This document shows, in pieces, positions 1 to 13,218 of a DNA stretch of 64,000 bases. Positions within the stretch are counted from its first letter, which is position 1. Every line of letters begins with the position of its first letter. This stretch comes from Xylographa opegraphella (taxonomy: Eukaryota). The DNA lies in assembly GCA_022813865.1 (NCBI GenBank), contig JALDZX010000036.1:62001-126000 (forward strand), written 5' to 3'. The notes below the pieces were generated by a model. It made no database searches. It was not told the origin of the DNA and worked only from the letters and a program-made list of their open reading frames with translations. The translations under genes were made by a program, and so were the position numbers.

Positions 1-1278
1 ACACCTCCAGCTCCCGTTTGATGTCGGGATAATCTCGCCAGTTATGCAGTCGATCTCGTAATTCCTCTCGATCTCGCTGTAAGGTCTGCGTATCGCGCTC
101 CAACAAGCGAATGCGGGATTCCCATCTTCGAGATTCCGAGTCCTTTTCAAACTTGGCAGCTTCAAGCTTCCTCAGTAATGATCCATTTTCAGACCTGAGC
201 CGTGTGAGAGCAGGATCGTCCTCGGTTTGCGCCTTTCGTGGAGAACTGGACAAGGCTTGTGCAAGTTCGATCCGAAGTTGCTCATTTCTTGCCTCCACCT
301 CTGCTAAACGGTTACTGGTTCTTTCGAGATCCGAGCTCACAATTTCTAACTCAACTGCACTGGCCGAAATTCGATAGGTGTCTTCATCTCCTTCGGTATG
401 ATGTCCAAGTCTCTGGGAGACCTCGTAGCTGGCCTTGACCTCGTTGAAAAGACGCTCTTGGGTCTCTAATTTCTCCTCTAAGCTCCGTTCCTTCGCCTCC
501 CAGTTATCTCGCTTCTCTCCAAGCACAGCTTGCCAAGAAGCCTCTATCCCTTTGGCCCTAGACTCTTGTGAATCTTCAAGTTCCTTCCGTAAGGTCCGTT
601 CAATTGCCAGCTGACGCTCTGTCTCTTCCAACTCGTGCGTAAGCTTCCCGACAGACCTTTGAAGACGCTCATTCTCGGTTGTGATTCTTGGTAGGGTATC
701 TTCTGAAACTAGTAGGGAGTCGATAGAGGCTTCCAGGAGCGGGTAAGGATCAGGTGCTTCGGAGATTGTGGAGTAGAGTTGTAAGAACGCCGAAGAAGTA
801 GTCTTGCCGTGATTTGTTAAAAGGTCAATGAACGTTTGGTATGCTATTCTTTTTTGTCAGCAAAATAATGAGAAAGGAACAGAGCGGGGATTCCCAATAC
901 CTTTCAAAAGACCTTTATATTCTTGTAGCTTCACATCGTCCTCAAGCTTTCTGAACTCTTTTGTTTTCTGTGCAAGATCTTTCCGCTGAACAAGAGATTC
1001 GCGCTGATTTGCTACAATATCAGAGGCAGTAGCATCTAGTTCGTGCACAAGATTTCCAAGATCAATACCTGGACGATGTAAGCTCAGTGAGAGACGGTGA
1101 TTTGCGACTCTGTCATACTCCTCCATGCTGAGATTGCTGTTTGAAACTGATGCTCGTCTTTATGAGGCTCGAGAGATTGGAATGGTGTAGAATTCTGTTC
1201 CCCATTGTCGTGCACCGGCTCGGCAGGCTCTTTGGCCTCATCTGAGAGCTTGCCCTCTAGTGCTGCGGATAAGTCCAT
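1..1278 (-). CDS. COY1: CASP/Coy1-like Golgi coiled-coil protein, 5' part (gene runs off the window start)
   Basis: ATG at 1278 (MDLSAALEG...). GT-AG introns at 1069-1118 and 844-900 give ...AWRSIDLGNL...KDLAQKTKEFRKL...KGLLKAYQTFIDLLTNHGKTTSSAFLQLYSTISEAPDPYPLLE, the CUX1/CASP N-terminal signature. Confidence 0.8.
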
Positions 1279-1619
1279 TCTGTCCAAGAGCCCGTCATTG
1301 AAGGACGTCAAGACCAGTGTAAGTTGCGGTGAATTCTTCCAATGAGGCACATGACGAGATAGTATGTCGGTCCGATATAGTGGATTTGGAGGCGCGTCTA
1401 TATCATGATACGTACAGATGCGACGTGGTTGATACTTTGAGCAACCGCAGACCACGGGAAAGCTGACTTTGAGTTCCGCTCCGCTTCCGCTTCGACAACC
1501 ATCACTCCCTTATATCCTAGTAGTTTTCGCTCACGAGCGGATCGCAAGTCAAGCATGCTCATCATTACCACTGAGTGTTGTGTTTCTCCTTCAAGGGAGC
1601 AAGGCGCGTCTGTTAATCA

Positions 1620-4600
1620 ATGGCCACCGCGGAGGGGACTCTGGCCTCACTCGATGGCAGTGGGCAGCCCATATCGACAGGACCATACACGCTGAGGTCT
1701 CTTATGGAAAATGTGCCTCTGTCAGCTGAAGGGCAAGATACACAGACCACTATCACGTGTGTGGAGTACTGGGGTATGCAAATCACCACAAGACTCCACC
1801 TTTACTATCTGATTGTTCTCTAATTATCTTAGACGGAAATCTATACATTGGGACCTCTGCGGCTGAAATTCTTCATTTTGTGTCCTTTCCCAATGATGCT
1901 TCAGATGAAGCACATAGCTTGAACTACATACTGGCCTCTCGATTGGAACTTTCGCAGGGTGTTTCTATCCCTGGCTCATCAGCTGCAAAAGGCGTACAGC
2001 AAATCCTTCTTTTACCAAGCGTTAACAAAGCATGTGTACGTTGCAACAACGTTTTGACTTTCTATTCCTTACCAGAGCTGAGTCCTGCATTTGGCAATAC
2101 CAAAGTCTCTGGTTGCTCCTGGATTGGGGGCCGGGATCTTGATGTTAATGACAATCAGCAAGCCGGCCCTGAAGTCATAATGATATGTATCAAAAACAGG
2201 ATCAGACTTGTCAGAATTGGGGAAGAACCCCGTCTGGTCAAGAACATCGAATATCCTGGCTGCCTAGCATCTGCCCGTCGGGGCAGATTTGCTTGCGTTG
2301 CTGATGCTCACTCGTATGCCCTGCTTGACGTGGATAACCAGCAAAAAATTCCATTATTTCCGATCTCGTCCTTGGAAGAACAGACAGAGGTTTTTACTGG
2401 GGCAGCACCTCCAGATATTGTCAAATCTGTACCACAAGTACCAGGAAACCTAACGCTGACAAAAGCACCGGGCGACACTGGGACCGATGTACCATTCGTG
2501 CATGAGCGAAGCACCAGTGTTGGTGCTTTGGTAGGTGGCTTGGGCAATGCTCGGCCGGCTTCACGCTCGAGAAACCGAGATCAAACTGGTATCGCGTTCC
2601 CAGGCAGTGCAAGAGGTCAGCATTCTCCACAACAGAGCGCATCGCCAATACGAGCGAACTCTATTAGTCAAAGTCCGACTCGAGTATCGCAAGGAAACGT
2701 TTTCTCTTCTAGATCCATCGCTGATTCTAGCCAAGATTATGGGGTAGCACAATGGAAGACAAGCCAGCAACCGCCCGTACTATTGAAACCAAATATCAAT
2801 TCTCCCATTGCCTCAGAGTTTCTCCTTACAACAGGAACCTCTTTGACTGAGCCGGGGGTTGGAATATTTGTCAACTGTGACGGCGATGTCGTTCGTGGGA
2901 CGCTGGAGTTCAGTCAATATCCCAGTACCATAGTCATCGATGGCCGTGATCCATTGAAAACAGATACAGCAGAATCATTGGAGGACGATCAAGAAGGATT
3001 CGTGCTTGCAACAATGAAGAGAACATCGCATGGTCTGGAGCGGAATGGGCTAGAAGTTCAGAGGTGGGATGTTGCCTCTGAGGGGAAAACTTGGCTAGCA
3101 GTTCCTGAAGTCTCTCATGTAGTAGAAGAAGACATCAACCCTACCTCTACGGATTCTGCGGTTGGACTCGCTATGACTCTAACTGTACAAGAGATCCACT
3201 TTGAAGACGTTGGAAACCGTCTACGGTCCAAACGGTTGAGGATATCCGGAGATACAGGCAATGAAGAGGCCAAAAAGGTGAAAAATCGGGAATTGGACTC
3301 AGGTACGCAAGTCTCGCTAGAAGACTGGGAAATTGCCAGAAGTCAGCAAGAAGATGATTTTGCACGTCGACTTGGAAGGAAGAGGACTCGTATTGTGACT
3401 TGGTCTGGGTCTTCTATATTCTGGGTAGTCAGGAATCCATTAGCCTTAAGACTGGAATGTGTGATCGACGAGGTCCTTCGTGCCTCTCAAGAGTCAAGGC
3501 TGGATCAGAATAGGTTGGTCAAGGTCATGAGAGAGATCCATAATCAGGAAGCAAGAACGGAGACGGATTTCCTAAGTCTGGAATACATACGCCAGAAAAT
3601 CAGTATCATACTTTTTGCCGATATAGCCACCAATCGACTTGACGTCAACCAGTATGTCAATGAGCACCTCTTTGTGGAGGGAGGATTAGATCCACGTGTA
3701 CTTTTATCAATGGTACCCCTACTTCGGGAAGATATTGTGGAAGGTCCTAAGGGTATTTGGATTCACGCTGGGTTGGTGGCGCTCATGGAAAGCCAGCTGT
3801 CGGTCTCTTCGATCACCTTAGAACCCGATGAAATCCTTTCGAGACCTGAAGAATTTGATCTCCTTGGATTGACCAGGCGTTATCTTAGCATCTGGCGACA
3901 GCGAAAAGGATTTGGAAGTATCGCTGACGAAGCTCAGGTATTCTCTACTGTAGATGCCGCACTACTGCATGTTTTACTCTATCAAGATCATCAATCCTTG
4001 GGTGGTCCTGGTGGCTCGTCTACGGTCAGAGTGGAGCTCTATGCTATCGTCGACAATGGTGTCGATTGCTTCGATCGCGCAGTGGAACTTCTCGAAAGGT
4101 TTTGTCGTCTTTATGTCCTCAGTCGACTATATCAAAAGCGCAAGATGGCTGGAAAGGTGCTTGCAACATGGCGAAGAATCATTGATGGCGAGCATGATGA
4201 CGGCGGAGAGCTTATTGATGGCGAGAACGAAGTTCGGAAGTACCTGGTGAAAATTAGGGACCTTTCATTAGTCGAGGAATATGGTACCTGGTTGGCGAGA
4301 AGGAATCCCGCGCTTGGCGTCCAGGTTTTCACGGACGATCAAAGCAGAGTGAAGCTCTCGCCGCACCAAGTCGTTCAATTGCTCCGATCTCGTGCGCCTG
4401 ATGCCGTCAAGGAATACCTTGAGCACCTCGTGTTTGGCAAGAAGAATGTCCAATACGCTAATGATCTGATCTCATACTATCTCGACAACGTCCTGGCTGT
4501 CTTGAACACATCTGACAGTGCACGTTCCATTCTAGCACAATCTTACATATCTTACCGGGCGCTGCATCCACCAAAGCCAACCTACCGTCAATTTATCATT

Positions 4601-5251
4601 GACAATGCGATTCCCGCATCTTGGTGGCATGATCGACTCCGCCTGCTCGAGCTGCTTGGAGGAAGCCATGGGGCTGGATTCTCGTATAATATTCCAGAAA
4701 TAATGCAGCGTATAGAGCCCTTTGAAGATGCCCTAGTGCCAGAGACAATAATCCTTGACGGCCGGCAAGGTCGACACCATCAAGCCCTACGTCTTCTTAC
4801 TCACGGTCTCGGGGACTATCATACAGCCATTAATTATTGTCTTCTTGGTGGATCGAGTATCTTTCATCCTACCTCAGGAAGGGTGGACTCCCTGTCGATC
4901 CCCTGTCGTGAAGAACAGGCGACCTTGTTCAAGTCGTTGCTCTCGGAATTTCTACGTATCGAAGATACAGATGATCGAGTTGAGCGCACATGTGAGCTTC
5001 TTGAGCGCTTCGGGACATGGTTCGACGTTGCGTATGTCTTGGAACTGATCCCTGACTCATGGTCGGTCGAGCTGGTGTCTGCCTTCCTTATCAGTTCTTT
5101 CAGACAGTTGGTGCAGGATAAAGTGGAGGCTATGATCACGAAAGCACTCAGCGGTGCCGAGAACCTGAAGATCAGTGCTGATCTCATCGAGAAGTGTCAA
5201 ATTTTGGGGCCACAAATCGAGGTGGTGGAATCACAAGTTTCAACGTCTTAG
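1620..5251 (+). CDS. CNH-domain Vps3/TGFBRAP1 (Vam6/Vps39-related) vacuolar tethering protein
   Basis: ATG 1620, intron about 1775-1832 (GTATGC...TAG), then a long exon: ITCVEYWDGNLYIGTS, GVQQILLLPSVNKACVRCN (CNH propeller), and clathrin-repeat-like C-terminus (ILDGRQGRHHQALRLLTHGLGDYHTAINYC). Confidence 0.8.
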
Positions 5252-5496
5252 TTCAACTCATTCATCCACGTTACTATGCTCACAAGTCCGAGGTGGCCTA
5301 ACTCTCTGGTGTCAATCCCGTAGGATTCAGCTGGTGTATACACGATAAAGTACTTGAAGTATGGGTCGCAACAGTAACAACTATTCCGATCAGACTACTA
5401 GGGAATAACTTGTCGCGGACTTTGCGATTGACTGCTGCATAGGCCATCGAAACCCTCAGCAGAAGACACCCAAATTAATTCCAAATATATCACACT

Positions 5497-7074
5497 CTAT
5501 TCAGCAACGTGGAGAAGCTGCTCGATCCACGGAAGTATGATCTTCCCAGCGGCCGGTTCCCCCATGTGAGCTGCGCCAGGAACAAACCTGTAGCGAGCAA
5601 ACGTATATCAGCCGACACATCATTGACAGAATTGCAAATTAATTCATCTTTGGAGAGACCTACCGGGCTTCTTTGATACTGCCGTGCTGAAGAGGCAGCA
5701 ATGAATCTTCTATGGGGAAAATCGAGTCATTCATACCCTATTGCGCAGATCAGCAAAGTTGAACATTCAGAGGGCGGCGTGGCTTCCCCACATTTACAAG
5801 TAGGAGTTTTATGCATGGCTGGTCAAGGACGCCTGACTTGAGTAAGGAGAACCGCTGCTGGGCGTCTCTCTTCATGGTCTCAACATCGTCATAACCGAAT
5901 TTGGCGGCCAGCGAATGGTCAAGACTTTACATTGATAGGCAATCATCAGTACATACCATCAAGGATCAGTGCACTAACGTACTCGAACGGATACTCCAAA
6001 TGTCCTACATTGTCCAGCCACTCTGGATCGAACATGTGATGGCATCCTCCACCTTGCGCCACCACTCCTGCGAGTCGTTCCTTGTGCGTATGCGCGATCC
6101 TGATCGCATAATAACCCCCTGTGCTTAGGCCCCATGCAACGATATTCTTACTGTCAACCCATTCTTGGGCGTCTAGCCAATCAAGCAGACTGCTCCAGAG
6201 CCGGTCTGGACTCTTCGGGTCCTGTCTCAGCGCAGGACAGTCTCCGGTTCCCGGGATCTCAACGGCAACGGCTGCCCAGCCACGATCGGTGAAGAGACCC
6301 GATGCTGGGGTGAATTCCGTGCGGTACCCGTCAAGTCCGAATATCTGGATCACTGTAGGCGCGGCTTTTTCTGATCGAGGGCGCCGAACATAGACCGGGA
6401 TTTGAGAGTGTGCTTCGGCGGTATCGGGCAGTGCATGTGTGTGAGGAACCTTATACTCTATCAATGGAGGGTTAAGATAACTGCAGGGAAACAAGGTGTC
6501 AGAAGCAGTAAGCCACACTCGGATTGGAAAAAGACTGACCCGGCCCCCTTGGTATAGGAATCTTTGTTGCGCTTCCATGCTTCTTTTTGCTTTTGGGACC
6601 GAGGAACGGGGAAACGTGCTATTCGGTACAGAGCTGCCGCGCGGAGGTAAAGCTCTGATGCCTTGGCAACGTCGCCAGACGTCTCCTCTTCTTGTGCTTG
6701 ATTGACAAGCTCCTCCGCGACAGGGAAAAATGGGGCGGCATATCGGTCGAAGTCAATAGGTTCGGCGAGGTCGAGCTAGATTCTCCAATCGTAGTAGTGA
6801 GCGTCTCTTGCCATGCTAAGAACACCAGCAGTCTTTGTCGTCTGACTATCTGACCTTGATCAAAGTCGTAAATACCCGCTCAAAGTCCTCAAGCTTCCCA
6901 TCCATGAACGGGTAAACCCCAAACGTGCACTGCGCAGCATTAGCTTCCCATCGATCAAAGTTGCTGTGGGCGAGAAAACTCCACCGGTCTCTTCCATTTC
7001 AGCTCCCAAAGCGCTTTGATCGATCCGTGGTGAGGCGCTTTCTGGTGCAGCTGGTCCCCGATCTGGTAAGGCAT
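5497..7074 (-). CDS. ayg1: Ayg1-like alpha/beta hydrolase (polyketide-shortening, DHN-melanin type), multi-exon
   Basis: Spliced protein begins MPYQIGDQLHQKAPHHGSIKALWELKWKRPCTFGVYPFMDGKLEDFE. Contains GLDGYR, VEIPGTGDCP, nucleophile WGLSTGGYYA and ends RFVPGAAHMGEP...*. Confidence 0.85.
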
Positions 7075-8019
7075 TGAGGGCGCTTTTGCCGTAGCAATAC
7101 GAATAACGTGAACGATCCGTTTCGCTTTCACTGCGGCCTACCTTACGTTCCAGTCCTACTATATGAATGAGTAATAACCCTAAGCTATACTTTACGAGTA
7201 ACCTCAATGATAGATGCTACGTCCGCCGGCCTCTTCAAGTCCTATCCCCGAGCCTCGGTCGCCGAAGGGCCGCTCGGAAAACCGACCTCCTCCAGTCGTC
7301 CACTTCTATAGCTGTAAGTTCTCGCCATTGCCTAGAATGTAGAATGATCAAAGCTGCTGCTAAGGGTAAAAGAGAGCAGGTAGCCAAACGGTGTAGAGAA
7401 CCAGGGGCGAGTATGCCGGAGCAAGTAACTACGCTGGTGTCCTGTTTCCAAGGCTACGGCTATATTAGCTACATCAACACCGCAAGATGCCCAAACATCA
7501 TGCCTCTCGGAGAGTCAATTCTGCGTTCTTTGAAGACTATTTCTCGCGTTGTAGGTCATGGTCTAGCAGGAGTTATACAGCTGAAAGCAAGAGTGAGACT
7601 GCGGCACGGAGTATACTGGAATACTTTACTCGCTCATCAGTACTTCATAGAATGAATCCGAGCTCATTAGTAGACGGCATTTTGCATAGTGTAGATAATG
7701 GGCATTCTTGCATGTATGTTTACGGTACTCATGGCGCCACAAGCTGGCTAGCTGCTCTCATTTAGGTGAAGATAATGGCTGTGAAGCCGTACGTTCCTGC
7801 TGCGTGTAGTTTGTGGACACCGCCATTGTACAACCTATTCGCATACCAAATTATCTATTAAATTCGTGGCTCCCTCCCTTTACAATTACACGCTACCGCC
7901 GGTACCATGGCCCCAAACATATCTCACATAAAATCGTGACTTCATACGTTGTTACTCTAAATTGAGATCATTACGATGGACCGTAGAAGCAGGTGTCCGT
8001 CCGTCATGGTAGTTCTCGA

Positions 8020-10999
8020 TCACTTCTTCTTTCTTGGAGACGCACCCGCAGTGCCAAGGAAGTCATCGAAGCTCTTCGTCGGATCCGCAGCTATGCTGAC
8101 CCTTGATTCGTTTTGAAGGCTACCGAGCACAGCATCGTGTGGCAGAGGAAGCAGTTCAAGTCCATACGCCACAGAGCTTCGCGGACTCTGCCGATCGGGG
8201 GAGCTTGCCCGCGATCCTGGTCCACTGCTAAGATATACGGAAGGCGGTCCTGACGTGTCCATGCCGGCGCCATCCAAGAAACCGTGAGGTAACGGCTTCC
8301 GGGGTTGGAAAGGATTTGCTTGAGAAAATATGCTGGCATCTTCGTGGGCGACTCCTTGGCCCAACCATCGGTCGGCCGCCTGCCAGCAATGACTCCTGCG
8401 GTAGATACCTTCGACACCGTAGTCTACCAAATCTGGTGGGAGTCCGACAATAGTGCCGTCGGGTGCCCTGTAGTATCCCACCTTGTGACGTGCGTCTTCG
8501 CTCACCCAGGGAGGTGCGCCTCGAGGGACTTCACAAAGAAAGTATTCCACTCCCTGAGTCCATTCCAAACCTGGGGCATCGACCACCAACAAAGGAAGGG
8601 ATTGCAATACAACATACAGAAAAATCCATTGTCCAACGCGAAGATCAAGCATATCTTGTATAGATCGCCCATGAGCCGATATTCTCTCGAAAGCCATGAA
8701 AGCCTCGACAAACGGCGTGACTTTGATCGATTCACGATTGTATGACTGCATAAGTGCCATGTTTATTTCATCATCTTTAAGTTTCTTGATGCGCTCTTTT
8801 GCCTGCTTTTTTGTGGGGAGGCCTTCAAATTCTCTGCGGGTAGTAGATAGGTCCGGCAGCAGAGGAAGATCGAATGGTATAGGCGGCATGACAGGTGGAG
8901 AGCTGCGATCAAACTCACTGAGAAGTTTTAGAAGCACGTTCATTTGTGGATCCGCCGAAAGTATTTCGTTGATTGAAAGCATGTCAGCTGTCCGGGTTGT
9001 GAAAGCAGTTCGATCAACGAGCATATCATAAACATCTGAGAAATCTTGATAAACCTCTCTCAAGAGAAGCCTGTTGAGACCGCTTCCTTCAAATTCGTTT
9101 TTCTTCGACTTGGCTTTGGGCGGCCAGGAACCGTACTGAGCTTTGTATACTGCCAAAGTGTGTTTACGTATGGAGGTAAAGGACGTTTTCCACGCTTTGA
9201 AGTTTATAGTCTTACCCAGTGTGCTTGACGCAGCTATTCCAGCAAAAAGACTTGGAAAGTCAAAATCATCCACTCGAGCTTGCACGGCCTTCAAGCGATT
9301 GGAGAGATCTCTCGAAGCTTTCTCCATCCTGCGCTGAGTAGTATCATTAATCATGGAGAAGTTGAGGTGTGCAAGCTGTACCAGATCATTCCACCTTCCT
9401 ACTCCGTGGACGAAGCCCTCATTGAAAAGCTTCCATGATTTCATTTGTTCACCAAGTATGATTGCCTCTATAGTCTTTTCGCGGCTAGTACGGACGTCAC
9501 TTAAGTGTAAATCAGTCGAGTAAGAGATAAATCTTGCATCCGGTATCTCCCCAAACGTCGATCCATCAACATTCGCAAAGTCGTAATATCGTAATAGTTC
9601 CGCGATTCCCAGAAATATAGAAAATAGTGACGGCCGATTACAAGTTCCAACTAGGACTTGACCCTTAAGGAATGCGAAAAGATTCCGAATAGCAACAAGC
9701 TTCTCTACATCTTCATCTGGAAGTTCTGATCCGAGGGTCTCTGCCACAATCGACATGGGTATGTACAAATGTATGTCGTCCATTGAGTCTCGTAGATTGT
9801 TGTGACACATTCTTACAAAATCCGATTTTCTGCTGAAGCTCGTATTGGTTGACGACGATCGTTGACGCTGCAATGGTGGTACGTTAGACACTAGAATTGT
9901 TGGTGGTTCTTCCAGTGAGACGTGCCGCATGTACCTGTGTAGATCTTCTCCAGAACGTTGTTGATGTTGACTGCTCGTTTCATGTTCACGACCAGCATAA
10001 GAAGCTTTATAGACCAGGGAGGAGAGCACTCGGGACGAAGCAAGAGCCTCCGAGTTGATTCTAAAGGATGGTCCTAGGCCGGATTCTCGAGCGAAAAGAT
10101 GTATGAAAGTATTCCCGTCCGAATCCCATAGCTCGGCAACCTGCGATAACAGTGAATTCACGCAGTCACCTGCAGATGATACTACTCACAGGCTGACCTC
10201 GAACGAGGCAAGAATTATCATAAGGCATTCTACCTTGAAGGGTGGCTATCCAAGCTTGTGGCTCTGGTGCTGTACTTGAAGCGCTTCCCGATCGATTGTG
10301 CAATTTTCCAGTTATCCAGCCCTTCTTCTTGACCAATCGACCCTCTGTTGGTGTCGAAGGTCGACTCCTCTCGTTTCCCAAGCTAGGAGAAGTTGCACGA
10401 CTTCCAAATAGACTGCCTCCAAAGCTACCACGCCGTCCTCTGCCTATGCTCCCCGCTACACTGCTTGCCGGCGATGAGGGTCTCTCTCCAAAACCTTCGC
10501 CTGGCGGCGGGGGAGCCACCAAGAGATCGTCGGCCACTGTGTCCCGCAATAATTCAGAATGAATTGCTGAAAGGGAAGCTGCATTGGATGATTGCTGATT
10601 GTTTGAAGTATGTAAACTTGGTGACGCTAGAGAGAAGCTGGTGAACGGAGAGAGACCGATATACGACTCAAAGGGGGAAGAGCAAGACGGCGAGATTGTT
10701 GAGGGGAGATGTTGTGTCGAGGCAGAGGAACGAAGGACCGAGTATCCAGGAATCACGCCAGAGTTAGAATCTGCTGAAAGTGGCCGAAGAATTTGTTCCG
10801 ATCTTGATGACTGAAGGTCGGCAGAGAGCATACGGCCGTGGGAGTAGGGACTGCCATCTCTGGAGGCAGGCAATGGTCGAAGTCCGCGGGTGCCAGCTCG
10901 TCCCGGCTCTTCCAGCTCGCCATGGGGCGGCTTGGTTTCTGCAGAGCTGGAGAAAGGAGAGGGGACACGTCGACGAGCACGCTCTCCATCTGTAGCCAT
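8020..10999 (-). CDS. Conserved Pezizomycotina hypothetical protein (about 975 aa; Ser/Pro-rich disordered N-terminus plus helical domain)
   Basis: 280-aa and 713-aa ORFs are joined in frame by intron 10141-10189 (GTGAGT...CAG). Globular part VAELWDSDGN...IRNLFAFL...WKLFNEGFVHGVG...YRRSHCW. Confidence 0.7.
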
Positions 11000-11697
11000 C
11001 GTTAACACACAATCCGATCTTCAATGGTAGTGGTGGTAGGCGTTAATCTTCTGGGCTCATGAAGCTGGGCGGCTTTTGTTCATCAAAGTGTTGTTGACAA
11101 GAGAGGAGTCATAGTCTTCTGGAAACGTGGTCGTCCTTCTTCGGGGACTTGCTGACATTTGAGCAGAGTTTGGTGAATGCGGTTTCATTACAATGTGAAT
11201 GGATCCTTCGCGTCGTTGGGAGTTTCTATGGGGGGCCTCAACCGCCTGGTCATGCAGGGACCGGGAGACTGATTGTGTGCCACAACACTGTCAGTGGAGT
11301 TGCAGGGTGCTACGAGTTCAGGACACAAAGTAGATAGACAGATTTCACTAATCCCGAGACACACTAATACACAGTCGTTGGTTTGGAAGCTCAATAACGT
11401 TGCTGTTTTGGGAGGAGCTTGTCCCTTCCCGCCTCCACGTCATTGGATGGCAAGTGCTTTCCCCTTGGAGAAAATCAACCTCACGACGTGGGGAAGCTTG
11501 GGATCACCGGGCTCTCTTCGTACCGCGCTACGGGAACCTCATGCTGTGGTGTATACGTCGTAACGATCAATTCACGACCTAAAGACCACTTGCTTTTCTC
11601 TATTTACGAGTGATTCACGTTAATTCGGTGTTTATGGGGTTGTCATTCCACGGGACTTTATGATCTGAGAGACTGGTATCTCCAGGAATCGGTCACT

Positions 11698-13218
11698 ATG
11701 AATGGGCACTCCAAAGCCCTTATCAACCTACTTCGAGGCTGGCCAAATGCAGGCCTTCTTCCAAAGGCTCAGTTCAGAACAGCTACCGCGAAGTTGCTGT
11801 CCGATCCTGATCTCTCTTCAGAAGGACTCTTATACGGCCCTTTGCCAGGCATCAAGTCGTTACGAGTAGAGCTTGCGGCATGGTTAACCAGATTCTACAA
11901 GCCTGAGCGCTCTATCGAATGGGAAAGAATATGCATATCCGGTGGTGCCAGCCAGAATCTGGCCTGTATCCTCCAGGTATTCTCTGATCCGGTCTTCACC
12001 AGAAACATCTGGATGGTTTCTCCAACATATTTTCTCGCGTGTCGGATCTTCGAAGATTCGGGATTCGTAGGCAGACTGAAACGCGTGCCTGAGGATGATG
12101 ATGGTATCGATATCGACTATCTGCGGAGAGGCTTGCAACAAAGTGAACGCGATGCTCAGTCAAATGGGAATAGCAAGCCGGTATCTCGTCGATTCAAATC
12201 TATTTTGAGCCGTGACTTTATCTCATGAACCCTGGTTACTGATGGACGCAAACAGATGCTAAAGCCCCAACGAGCTTGGAATAAAGTGTATCGACACATC
12301 ATCTATGCGGTACCTACCTTTGCCAATCCATCTTCGAAGACCATGAGTCTCGAACGGCGGCAACAATTAGTCACAGTTGCGCGGGAGTACGACGCTCTTA
12401 TTGTCACTGATGACGTATATGACCAGTTGCAGTGGACGGTATCTTCAAATCCCTCACCAGCTCTGAAGGAGGCAGTCCAGCCACGGGTTGTAGACATTGA
12501 TAGATTCCATGAGGGAGGCGTGGGACGAGAAGGCGCTGATGGATTTGGAAATGCGGTTAGCAGTGGAAGTTTCAGTAAGATCGTGGCTCCCGGCTGTCGA
12601 AGCGGCTGGGCTGAAGGCACGGAAAAATTCATTTCTGGTTTATCAAACGCGTGAGAGTGTCTATCGATCATGTTATGGTCTGCCTCCGCTTATATAAAGA
12701 TTAGGGGCTCAACGAATTCCGGCTCCGCACCATCACAGCTCACCGCAAGCTTTATGACCGAGCTGCTGGCATCAGGAGAGCTTGAAAACCACCTCTACAC
12801 GACTCTACAGCCTTCATACGCTCGACGCCACAAGATCATGGTTGATGCAATCAAGGACATTCTTCTGCCTCTTGGAATAACTCTACCCCAGACAGAGCGA
12901 ACCATTGTTGGCGGCTACTTCATGTGGATGTCCTTACCCACACCCCTCAAGGCGGATGATCTTGCTGTATACGCCGAGCAAGAGGAAAACATAATCGTTG
13001 CCCCTGGTTCCCTCTTTGGGGTTGCGGGCGACGTGAAGGACGAGGAATTGGAACGGGAGGTCCGACTATGTTTCGCATGGGTGAAAGAAGATATCATACG
13101 AGAGAGTATTGAGAGACTCGGGCGCGTGATATGCAGAATGCAGGACGCCGATGCGAATGGTCAGGAGATATCGAGTCTGGTGTCCAGGAAAAAGGTTGTG
13201 GATGGGCGTTATCAGTAG
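11698..13218 (+). CDS. PLP-dependent aminotransferase class I/II
   Basis: Three exons (introns 12181-12255, 12651-12704). Motifs INLLRGWP, ISGGASQNL, YAVPTFANPS, VTDDVYD, GSFSKIVAPGCRSGW (PLP Lys), GGYFMW, VRLCFAW. Confidence 0.88.

Noticed and set aside
5497..7074. ayg1 as marker of a melanin/PKS cluster
   Set aside because: No PKS, reductase, dehydratase or laccase gene in the window; it appears to stand alone.
11698..13218. PLP enzyme as a UstD-like member of the RiPP cluster
   Set aside because: It is 17 kb away, beyond housekeeping genes, and is a class I/II aminotransferase rather than a cysteine-desulfurase-like UstD.
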